Shown here: in pieces, positions 19,282 through 25,892 of the stretch
Layout of the letters: each line of letters opens with the position of its first letter
How positions within the stretch are numbered: the stretch's first letter is position 1
IMG/VR virus record: IMGVR_UViG_3300028920_000029
Span: 109,363-173,362 of that record
DNA length: 64,000 nucleotides
Strand: one strand, 5' to 3'
Source: a virus
Translations under genes and position numbers: made by a program
The notes under the pieces: model-generated
Told to the model about the DNA's origin: nothing
What the model saw: only the letters and a program-made list of their open reading frames with translations
Databases searched by the model: none

Positions 19282-19377
19282 TGGAGGAGAGGGAGCGATT
19301 CGAACGCTCGAGCGTCATCTCTGACGCCACCTATTTTCAAGATAGGTAGAATAAACCTGACTCTCTTACACCTCTCC
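19282..19377 (-). tRNA. tRNA-Ser(TGA)
   Basis: CCTAT-CT-TGA-AA-ATAGG, long variable arm. Confidence 0.88.
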
Positions 19378-19383
19378 TCTATA

Positions 19384-19462
19384 TGGTTGCGGAGGTCAGA
19401 TTTGCACTGACGTTGTTTCAGGGTATGAGCCTGCTGCTGGAACTACTCCAGCCCACTCCGCT
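19384..19462 (-). tRNA. tRNA-Met(CAT), initiator-like
   Basis: CT-CAT-AC loop; 1:72 mismatch. Confidence 0.8.
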
Positions 19463-19469
19463 TATTTTT

Positions 19470-19546
19470 TGGTCCCCAAGCCTGGAGTTGAACCAAGAAA
19501 AAGCAGGTTTTGAATCTGCCGCCTATGCCAATTCGGCTACTTGGGG
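19470..19546 (-). tRNA. tRNA-Leu(CAA), short variable loop
   Basis: GCAGA-TT-CAA-AA-CCTGC, CCA. Confidence 0.85.
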
Positions 19547-19547
19547 T

Positions 19548-19633
19548 TGGTGCGCCAGGTAGGACTTGCACCTACACGACCGAAGCCGACGGATCTTAAG
19601 TCCGTTGCGTCTGCTAAATTCCGCCACTAGCGC
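19548..19633 (-). tRNA. tRNA-Leu(TAA)
   Basis: cloverleaf, long variable arm. Confidence 0.93.
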
Positions 19634-19634
19634 T

Positions 19635-19710
19635 TGGTGGGTCCACAGGGAATTGCACCCCAATCTTCCGATTAAAAGTCGGAAGCTCTAACTAATTGAG
19701 CTATAGACCC
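19635..19710 (-). tRNA. tRNA-Lys(TTT)
   Basis: TCCGA-CT-TTT-AA-TCGGA. Confidence 0.93.
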
Positions 19711-19711
19711 T

Positions 19712-19788
19712 TGGTGCCCCTAGAAGGATTTGAACCTTCAGAATTCTGATTCTAAGTCAGATAGCTATACCGATTCGCCTATAGGGGC
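19712..19788 (-). tRNA. tRNA-Leu(TAG), short variable loop
   Basis: TCTGA-CT-TAG-AA-TCAGA. Confidence 0.9.
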
Positions 19789-19790
19789 AT

Positions 19791-19865
19791 TGGTGCGTCG
19801 AGGTGGGAACGATCCACCGACCTTCTCCTTAAGAAGGAGCAGCTCTACCACTGAGCTACCGACGC
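19791..19865 (-). tRNA. tRNA-Lys(CTT)
   Basis: CTCC-TT-CTT-AA-GGAG. Confidence 0.92.
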
Positions 19866-19869
19866 ATTA

Positions 19870-19942
19870 AAGGTTGGGCTGCGTACACGCTGTATCGTTT
19901 CTCCAAGGATTACGCCTCCTAGGCGACCAACTACCCAACCTT
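19870..19942 (-). ncRNA. putative small structured RNA
   Basis: 9-bp closing stem AAGGTTGGG/CCCAACCTT with internal hairpins, between RNase P RNA and tRNA-Lys. Confidence 0.45.
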
Positions 19943-19951
19943 ATTTTTAAA

Positions 19952-20240
19952 AGTAATTCATAACCCAGGTTCTGTTTTTGCAGTCATTAATCTTAGCGTC
20001 CTTACCCGCGTGCTCCGTGAGGTCTCATCATCACACGCCTATTTGGACTTGCTCACAGTAAAGGTTGGTCGTCTCACTTGTTTTTAGTTTATATAATTTT
20101 CAGAATCTGAGTTTTTATAAAACTAAAAACAACTCGTCTCTGTCCCCTATTTGTCGCTCACGCGCCCAGCTTTTAAGACTGGTACTGCGCCTCAATTGAG
20201 CCTGGAGTTTCCTCGGTTTCCCGCGACTGCTTGAATCACT
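19952..20240 (-). ncRNA. rnpB: RNase P RNA (compact)
   Basis: P1 AGTGATTCA/TGAATTACT; CR-I GAGGAAACTCCAGGC; CR-V ACAGAACCTGGGTTA (P4 partner); ACAGAGA and GAGCAAG elements. Confidence 0.88.
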
Positions 20241-20241
20241 C

Positions 20242-20454
20242 TTATTTTTTCAACAATGCAATTAATTCTCTTCTAGCTTTTGCTTCCTCTGGGGTATCGT
20301 GAACACTATGATCTACCCATTTAACATCCACTTCTGAATACTCAACAAATCTACCATCAACTAAAATCCATCCTCGTTTTGTGTTTTTGTTTCCAAATAA
20401 TACTGGTCCAGCAATTTGTACTTTTTCTCCTGTAGCTTTAATTATTGCTTCCAT
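20242..20454 (-). CDS. hypothetical protein
   Basis: GAAGGAGGT RBS before MEAIIK. Confidence 0.6.
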   Translation of the reverse strand: MEAIIKATGEKVQIAGPVLFGNKNTKRGWILVDGRFVEYSEVDVKWVDHSVHDTPEEAKARRELIALLKK

Positions 20455-20479
20455 TTGTTTACCTCCTTCCCGTAAATTT

Positions 20480-20554
20480 TGGCGCCCCACGACAGAGTTG
20501 AACTGTCCTATTCGGCGCGACAAGCCGACGTAATAGCCGATATACGAGTGGGGC
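20480..20554 (-). tRNA. tRNA-Asp(GTC)
   Basis: TCGGC-TT-GTC-GC-GCCGA. Confidence 0.9.
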
Positions 20555-20566
20555 ACTATTTCTTTT

Positions 20567-20595
20567 AGTATACTTAAAATACCAACAAGCGTCAA
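20567..20595 (-). promoter_or_regulatory. sigma70/SigA-type promoter
   Basis: TTGACG-N17-TATACT. Confidence 0.65.
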
Positions 20596-20837
20596 TTAGC
20601 TTTTTTATTTTTTACTATACTTCTTAATTTATTATGCAGCCCAGCAAAAATTGGCAAATAAACATTCTTAAACGTTTCTTTCCATTTTTCACAGTATGGA
20701 CAACCGTCTATGTGATCGTCCTCATTTATGTGTTTCTTACACATATGTACGCCGTCTTCAGCAATATAATAGTGTTCCGTCTCAGTTACCAAAATCGGTT
20801 CCGTTACACCTTTTCGATACAATAATTTTTTACCCAT
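20592..20837 (-). CDS. hypothetical protein
   Basis: AAAGGAGGTG RBS. Confidence 0.65.
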   Translation of the reverse strand: MGKKLLYRKGVTEPILVTETEHYYIAEDGVHMCKKHINEDDHIDGCPYCEKWKETFKNVYLPIFAGLHNKLRSIVKNKKAN

Positions 20838-20857
20838 AGTTCACCTCCTTTCTTTTA

Positions 20858-20886
20858 AGTATACTTAAGGTTTTGACATATGTCAA
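20858..20886 (-). promoter_or_regulatory. sigma70/SigA-type promoter
   Basis: TTGACA-N17-TATACT. Confidence 0.7.
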
Positions 20887-20899
20887 GCCTTTTATTTCC

Positions 20900-20974
20900 T
20901 GGCACCCCCTGTAGGCTTCGCACCCACGCACCGCGGTCCGTAGCCGCGAGCTCTGTCTCCTGAGCTAAGGGGGT
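20900..20974 (-). tRNA. tRNA-Arg(ACG)
   Basis: CGCGG-CT-ACG-GA-CCGCG. Confidence 0.9.
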
Positions 20975-20975
20975 A

Positions 20976-21050
20976 TGGTGTCCCTTGATGGAATCAAACC
21001 ACCGTCTCAGCTTTAGGAAAGCCGTGTTCTATTCACTGTACTAAAGGGAC
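20976..21050 (-). tRNA. tRNA-Arg(CCT)
   Basis: CGGCT-TT-CCT-AA-AGCTG. Confidence 0.9.
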
Positions 21051-21051
21051 A

Positions 21052-21127
21052 TGGTGCCCTGAGAAGGACTCGCACCCTCGACCTACGGAGTAGAAATCCG
21101 CTGCTCTGTCTCCTGAGCTACCAGGGC
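21052..21127 (-). tRNA. tRNA-Arg(TCT)
   Basis: GCGGA-TT-TCT-AC-TCCGT. Confidence 0.92.
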
Positions 21128-21132
21128 CTTAC

Positions 21133-21208
21133 TGGTTGCGGGACCACGGATCGAACGTGGACTATTCTGAGTCAGGGTCAGATGTTTTGCCTATTAAACT
21201 ATCCCGCA
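21133..21208 (-). tRNA. tRNA-Gln(CTG)
   Basis: TCTGA-CC-CTG-AC-TCAGA. Confidence 0.88.
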
Positions 21209-21209
21209 A

Positions 21210-21755
21210 CTATATCTTCCATTTTTTACGTCTTTTAATAACAGCTTGACCACTACAATTTTTAATAGTAGCAATCTCTTCGTTAGTTTTTCCGTCTTTT
21301 ACTAAGGCCTCAAGTTCTCTTTTGTTCCATTCTATTTTTCCAGCTAATTTTCCTGCACACATTAAAGAACAAGTTTTTCTATATGCCATCTTTTCCTTGC
21401 CACATACTGGGCAAAAATCCTTTAATTCGTTTTTAGTAGAATCTGTTATAAGTTTATCATTAAATCTCAATGCTGTTTTTGGAATTATACTTATTAATCC
21501 ATGCACTTCGCTATGACAATTGCTACAAACCATAACACATTTTTCTACTTCTTTTTTAATTTTTATCCACTTCGTAGGATCTCTAAGCATAAAAGCAATT
21601 CCGCTTTCTTTATCTTTACTATTTAAATGATGGAACTCTAAAGCGTCTATATGTTTATTATACCCACAAATGCAACATTTTCCACCAAAACCTTCTACTA
21701 GTTTCTTTTTTGTATTCCGTCTCCAACGTTTTACAGCCTCAGATTTAGCACTCAT
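21210..21755 (-). CDS. HNH endonuclease with C-terminal Zn-finger/HTH
   Basis: GGKCCICGY..ALEFHH..CVMVCSNCH. Confidence 0.88.
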   Translation of the reverse strand: MSAKSEAVKRWRRNTKKKLVEGFGGKCCICGYNKHIDALEFHHLNSKDKESGIAFMLRDPTKWIKIKKEVEKCVMVCSNCHSEVHGLISIIPKTALRFNDKLITDSTKNELKDFCPVCGKEKMAYRKTCSLMCAGKLAGKIEWNKRELEALVKDGKTNEEIATIKNCSGQAVIKRRKKWKI

Positions 21756-21785
21756 AGTAAAACCTCCTTATAGTTTATTACTACA

Positions 21786-21815
21786 AGTATAACATAACAC
21801 GGTGTGTTAATGCAA
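21786..21815 (-). promoter_or_regulatory. promoter of HNH gene
   Basis: TTGCAT-N18-TATACT with extended TG. Confidence 0.5.
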
Positions 21816-21830
21816 CTTGTTACGTTATAT

Positions 21831-21905
21831 TGGCTCCAGCGGGTGGAGTCGAACCACCATTTTACTCCTTAACAGGGAGGCGCATTACCATTATGCTACA
21901 CTGGA
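21831..21905 (-). tRNA. tRNA-Asn(GTT)
   Basis: CTCC-CT-GTT-AA-GGAG, G73. Confidence 0.92.
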
Positions 21906-21907
21906 AC

Positions 21908-21984
21908 TGGTGCCTCCGAAAGGATTTGAACCTTTGGCCAAAGCGTTATCAACACTCTGCTCTACCAAGCTGAGCTACAGAGGC
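21908..21984 (-). tRNA. tRNA-Ile(GAT)
   Basis: GAGTG-TT-GAT-AA-CGCTT. Confidence 0.92.
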
Positions 21985-21985
21985 A

Positions 21986-22061
21986 TGGTGGAGACGATCG
22001 GGAACGATCCGACAACCCCCTGATTGCAAATCAGGCGCTCTCCCAATTGAGCTACGTCCCC
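21986..22061 (-). tRNA. tRNA-Ala(TGC)
   Basis: CCTGA-TT-TGC-AA-TCAGG, G3:U70. Confidence 0.95.
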
Positions 22062-22062
22062 A

Positions 22063-22138
22063 TGGTGGATACTTTTGGAGTCGAACCAAATTCTCTTGTT
22101 CTTCAGACAAGCGTGATGACCGCATTCACCAAATATCC
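22063..22138 (-). tRNA. tRNA-Phe(GAA)
   Basis: CTTGT-CT-GAA-GA-ACAAG. Confidence 0.9.
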
Positions 22139-22139
22139 A

Positions 22140-22216
22140 TGGTGCTCTCCGAAGGACTCGAACCTCCGACCCTCTCATTATGAGTGAGACGCTCTAACCG
22201 ACTGAGCTAGAAGAGC
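22140..22216 (-). tRNA. tRNA-Met/Ile2(CAT)
   Basis: TCTCA-CT-CAT-AA-TGAGA. Confidence 0.9.
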
Positions 22217-22223
22217 AATATTC

Positions 22224-22297
22224 TGGAGAGGCGAGTAAGATTTTAACTTACCTTATCTGGGTTGCAACCAGACGCCTAGACACTTGGCTATCGCCTC
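22224..22297 (-). tRNA. tRNA-Cys(GCA)
   Basis: TCTGG-TT-GCA-AC-CCAGA, U73. Confidence 0.88.
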
Positions 22298-22308
22298 TCT
22301 TAATTCTC

Positions 22309-22383
22309 TGGTAGTCGGAGTGGGTACTGCCCCCACCTGGTCCTCTTTGTAAGAGAGGTGCATGACTAATCTGCCATCCGACT
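22309..22383 (-). tRNA. tRNA-Val(TAC)
   Basis: CCTCT-CT-TAC-AA-AGAGG. Confidence 0.88.
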
Positions 22384-22404
22384 TCTATTAAGATCTATAA
22401 ATCC

Positions 22405-22478
22405 TGGTTGCCTCAGAACGGGTCGAACGTTCGCTACCTGTGTCAAAAACAGGCGTGCTACCACTACACTACAAGGCA
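22405..22478 (-). tRNA. tRNA-Gln(TTG)
   Basis: CCTGT-TT-TTG-AC-ACAGG. Confidence 0.9.
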
Positions 22479-22482
22479 TTTT

Positions 22483-22556
22483 TGGAGAGGGCTAAGGGAC
22501 TCGAACCCTTTTTTTCAGTTTGGAAGACTGGAGTTAAACCTATTAACTAAGCCCTC
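22483..22556 (-). tRNA. tRNA-Gly(TCC)
   Basis: CAGT-CT-TCC-AA-ACTG, U73. Confidence 0.88.
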
Positions 22557-22558
22557 TC

Positions 22559-22629
22559 TGGTACCACGAACTGGAATTGCACCAATCCTCTGGGCGTATG
22601 AAACCCTGAGTCCATCTAATGGTCGTGGC
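22559..22629 (-). tRNA. tRNA-Met(CAT), atypical D-arm
   Basis: GGGT-TT-CAT-AC-GCCC; acceptor stem and CCA intact; reduced D region. Confidence 0.7.
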
Positions 22630-22637
22630 CTATATTT

Positions 22638-22713
22638 TGGAGCCCACGGAGGGACTTGCACCCCCAACCGTCGGTTTACAGGACCGCTGCTCTTCTATTA
22701 AAGCTACGCGGGC
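22638..22713 (-). tRNA. tRNA-Thr(TGT)
   Basis: CGGT-CC-TGT-AA-ACCG. Confidence 0.88.
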
Positions 22714-22723
22714 TCTTAATTTT

Positions 22724-22797
22724 TGGTGTGAGGCGGGGATTTGAACCCCTCTGGGAGAGCCACAATCTCCCGTGCTAACCATTACACTAGCCCCACC
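22724..22797 (-). tRNA. tRNA-His(GTG)
   Basis: GGAGA-TT-GTG-GC-TCTCC, encoded G-1. Confidence 0.9.
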
Positions 22798-22800
22798 ACT

Positions 22801-22875
22801 TGGCACCGCCGTAAGGAATCGAACCCTATCTTTCTGTTCTGGAGACAGATGTGCTAACCATTACACTACTGCGGC
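22801..22875 (-). tRNA. tRNA-Trp(CCA)
   Basis: TCTGT-CT-CCA-GA-ACAGA. Confidence 0.92.
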
Positions 22876-22878
22876 ATT

Positions 22879-22955
22879 TGGTGACGCATGTGGGACTCGA
22901 ACCCACAATCCTCAGACTGAAAATCTGATGGCTTAAACCATTTGCCTAATGCGCC
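22879..22955 (-). tRNA. tRNA-Glu(TTC)
   Basis: TCAGA-TT-TTC-AG-TCTGA. Confidence 0.92.
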
Positions 22956-22987
22956 ACATCTCTTTAACTGTTAAGAACTATAAGTGC

Positions 22988-23064
22988 TGGTCTAGGTGGA
23001 AGGATTTGAACCTTCGACATCTTGCTTCCAAGGCAAGCAGGCTACCAGACTGCCCCACACCTAG
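22988..23064 (-). tRNA. tRNA-Pro(TGG)
   Basis: CTTGC-CT-TGG-AA-GCAAG. Confidence 0.93.
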
Positions 23065-23069
23065 TCGTT

Positions 23070-23108
23070 AAAATAAAAAAGGCCCGACGGATTTCTCCGC
23101 CAGGCCTT
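23070..23108 (-). terminator. intrinsic terminator (attenuator) upstream of tRNA array
   Basis: AAGGCCTGGCGGA-GAAA-TCCGTCGGGCCTT followed by TTTTATTTT. Confidence 0.88.
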
Positions 23109-23130
23109 TGTCTAGTACTACTCTAATTCG

Positions 23131-23283
23131 TCACATAGAGCTGCCTGGCAGACCTGGCGGTTTTTGTGTATCTATACATACCGCCGCCAACAGAATATAG
23201 GCATGCATAAATAACTGGCTATCGCCAAGCCATTCTGCTCTTCGCCTATTCTCTGTGGTCTGTGACAAACTCTTAAGCAACAT
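23131..23283 (-). CDS. putative attenuator leader peptide (50 aa, all 20 amino acids)
   Basis: AGGAG RBS; MLLKSLSQTTENRRRAEWLGDSQLFMHAYILLAAVCIDTQKPPGLPGSSM*; contains segments complementary to terminator 5' arm. Confidence 0.75.
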   Translation of the reverse strand: MLLKSLSQTTENRRRAEWLGDSQLFMHAYILLAAVCIDTQKPPGLPGSSM

Positions 23284-23355
23284 GATTTATTTCTCCTAAT
23301 TTTGGTGCTATGTTGGACTAGCACCTTATGCTAACACAATCTTTATGACAATACA

Positions 23356-23384
23356 AGTATACTCATGGTTTCGGTAAATGTCAA
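23356..23384 (-). promoter_or_regulatory. promoter of tRNA operon leader
   Basis: TTGACA-N17-TATACT. Confidence 0.78.
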
Positions 23385-23397
23385 GTAAATTTGTAAA

Positions 23398-23745
23398 CTA
23401 AGTAATAAAAAATGTACAGTATAAAACGCCCACAAGAAGTATAATTCCCATAGCAGTAACAAACAAAATTTCTGAAATAATACTGCGCTTCTTAAACCTG
23501 GTACACCTCCCATTCTTATTAAGCTGTGCTTGGCCTGCTATCCTAACTTTTTTACATTGTGTACCATATGTTGGATCCCACACATCTTGCGGGTCAAAAC
23601 AATCGTCATGAGTACACACAATAGTATAGCCACTAATAACTATGCTAGAATTGGGTTCATTGGGATCAATAAACCTCTCTTCTACACTGGTGTACCCATT
23701 ATTTAGATATGTACAATCTTCACACTTTACCGTGCCTTTTTTCAT
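23398..23745 (-). CDS. Cys-containing protein with C-terminal TM
   Basis: CEDC motif, hydrophobic C-terminus, AAGGAGGTG RBS. Confidence 0.6.
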   Translation of the reverse strand: MKKGTVKCEDCTYLNNGYTSVEERFIDPNEPNSSIVISGYTIVCTHDDCFDPQDVWDPTYGTQCKKVRIAGQAQLNKNGRCTRFKKRSIISEILFVTAMGIILLVGVLYCTFFIT

Positions 23746-24208
23746 CTTTCCACCTCCTTTGAAATAGTTTCTTAATTTTTCTTATTCCGTATTTGATACC
23801 CCACCTAATACGTCTCAATAGCCCTATAACGCTAATCATTATATGACCATACCAAGGTACCAAACTTATAAAGTCGGCATCTGGTTGTCCAACAAGTACG
23901 TTTTTACGTTTAGGTTTATGAACTCTATACTTACTAACAAGCTCTAATAAATCTTCTTCCTCGATAACGCCGCTATTGTCACCTATAATATATACAACGC
24001 TATGTGTACTCGATGATTTACCAACGCCAGAAAGTGAGGTTGACGTAACTCTAAAAAAGTTGTGTACATTCAAATACGTGCAACTTTTATACTGGCGGGA
24101 GCTGCGAACAAACCAACGCCTAAATAACCCAACCAAAGTTACGGTGCAGTAACCTTTAGAGGCTTTCCAATCTAATACTGGATCCCACGCCAGCTTCTCG
24201 CTACTCAT
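23720..24208 (-). CDS. hypothetical protein, divergent paralog family A
   Basis: DPVLDWK..TVTLVGLFRRW, YRVHKP, PWY. Confidence 0.65.
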   Translation of the reverse strand: MSSEKLAWDPVLDWKASKGYCTVTLVGLFRRWFVRSSRQYKSCTYLNVHNFFRVTSTSLSGVGKSSSTHSVVYIIGDNSGVIEEEDLLELVSKYRVHKPKRKNVLVGQPDADFISLVPWYGHIMISVIGLLRRIRWGIKYGIRKIKKLFQRRWKDEKRHGKV

Positions 24209-24630
24209 TTAGTATCTCCTTTAGTAGGGTAAGTTCTTTTTTCGGTATCTGGTTCTACAGATATATCGCCAACTCCTATATAAGCTTCCAAGTTCCTCTT
24301 GGGTTTAACTTTTGAATTAATGGTATCTATGTACGCATGCACTTTATCAGACATAGTTTTTGTAGTTATATCTTCTGGAAGCTCATCCTCAACAATCTTT
24401 TTGTCGTTTAGAATAACGGTGAATCCTCCAAGCATTCCAGGGGCCTTTGGGTTCGATGTAGGCATTACCGCAACAGGTTTATAAAACTTAAAATCCTTTT
24501 GTAACTGAATACCTAATGATCGAGCCAGTTCCATAGTAGTCGCTGCACGAGATAATACGTCCGATAAATCCTTCTTAGATAACTTCATGAACTCTTTCCA
24601 CTGTCTTGGTTCTATTCTATTCATCTTCAT
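24205..24630 (-). CDS. hypothetical protein
   Basis: 141-aa ORF. Confidence 0.65.
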   Translation of the reverse strand: MKMNRIEPRQWKEFMKLSKKDLSDVLSRAATTMELARSLGIQLQKDFKFYKPVAVMPTSNPKAPGMLGGFTVILNDKKIVEDELPEDITTKTMSDKVHAYIDTINSKVKPKRNLEAYIGVGDISVEPDTEKRTYPTKGDTK

Positions 24631-25054
24631 AGCTATCCTCCATACTAAGTCTTTTAAGTGTTGAATATACGTGTCTGTTATCTAACTGATACTCGTGCGG
24701 GAAATAACACTCATATTTTTCGGCTATGAACCTTGCTACCGCCGCAGACCTGCTAACTCCTCCTTCACAGTGTACCACTATATGCTCAATGTCCTTTGGA
24801 AGCATATCTATAAACTCTAGTATCTTACGTGCGTCATCCTCCGTAAAGTTTATATACTCATTCTCTTCTGCGCCGTCAAAGACCCAGGCACCTCTGACGC
24901 CATCCACGTCATGAAAAGCAAGCCTTAAAACATACTTCCATAACTTGTGTAGTGTTGGGGCGTCTCTTTTGGGGTCCCTAATGGAAATTAAAGCTACATG
25001 TTCATTAGGTACCACCTGTTCTATAACTGCCCTGGATACGAAGTCGACTTTCAT
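24617..25054 (-). CDS. protein-tyrosine/dual-specificity phosphatase family protein
   Basis: CX5R motif VHCEGGVSRS. Confidence 0.85.
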   Translation of the reverse strand: MKVDFVSRAVIEQVVPNEHVALISIRDPKRDAPTLHKLWKYVLRLAFHDVDGVRGAWVFDGAEENEYINFTEDDARKILEFIDMLPKDIEHIVVHCEGGVSRSAAVARFIAEKYECYFPHEYQLDNRHVYSTLKRLSMEDSYEDE

Positions 25055-25070
25055 GTTTCCTCCTAATTAT

Positions 25071-25562
25071 CTATCTTCTCTTACCTAATATTCTGTATTT
25101 CCAAGATTTTAAATTACTAGCATTCACAAACACTTTAAAATCTTCTTCAAAGATCCAACCACCTGTAGTGGTTTCCCATCTAAAATTTGTGACTTGATAT
25201 GCTCTACATTCTTTATTATGTCCTACAATAAGAACTGAGTGAAATCCTGTTTTTGGGTGCCAAACACTTACTTCGCACGGAAGAAGTATTTTATACTTAC
25301 ACAGCATTTTACCATCTTTGTCCTGTGCATCAGGAAGATAATCTCCTTCCCAAATTGACTCAATACCTAACCTCTTGTGAGCCTTCTTAATACTTATCGC
25401 CGCTCCATTCCTGGCACATACAAGATCTACCATTTTTTCATAGCGCTTAGATTCAAGAGGTATAACCTTTCCCGTCAAATAGTAATAAGCATTTACCGCG
25501 CTTATTAACTGACAGTCAGAGTAATTTTGTTTGTTATGATACTTATACCAATCTCTAATCAC
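25071..25562 (-). CDS. possible papain-like (C39-type) cysteine peptidase
   Basis: Q..SDC N-terminal Cys and GFHSVLIVG His strand. Confidence 0.4.
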   Translation of the reverse strand: MIRDWYKYHNKQNYSDCQLISAVNAYYYLTGKVIPLESKRYEKMVDLVCARNGAAISIKKAHKRLGIESIWEGDYLPDAQDKDGKMLCKYKILLPCEVSVWHPKTGFHSVLIVGHNKECRAYQVTNFRWETTTGGWIFEEDFKVFVNASNLKSWKYRILGKRR

Positions 25563-25892
25563 ATGCCCTCCAGATATGCGCGTATATTAGCCAGCTTTTG
25601 TTGTTCGCTAACATCGCTGTTTAGTATGTTCTTTATTACTTCCTTAAGCCTTTCCTTACCTTCCTCTACTCCATTATCAAAACCATTTTGGTACTCAAAA
25701 CTACTATTCATATATTACCTCCTCTTTATAACCTTTATTTCAAATTCCCCAGTAAAATCTTTACCGCAATTATTACACACCTCTTTAATTCTAAATTTAT
25801 TTTTTGTTCTTTTAAAGTCGTCTAAGTACAAATACTGATCTCTCTTACAAAATGGACATTTAACTAGAATTGTACTAGTCATATATTACCTC

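Noticed and set aside
18496-22701. ORF-track ORFs 18496..18825, 19186..19410, 21817..22023, 21975..22178, 22408..22701 and the 5' extension of 20242..20595
   Set aside because: They overlap tRNA genes and are shadow frames.
23110-23350. T-box riboswitch as the tRNA leader
   Set aside because: No T-box bulge consensus (TGGNACCGCG) or stem I motifs seen; an RBS-led ORF and peptide-overlapping antiterminators fit better.
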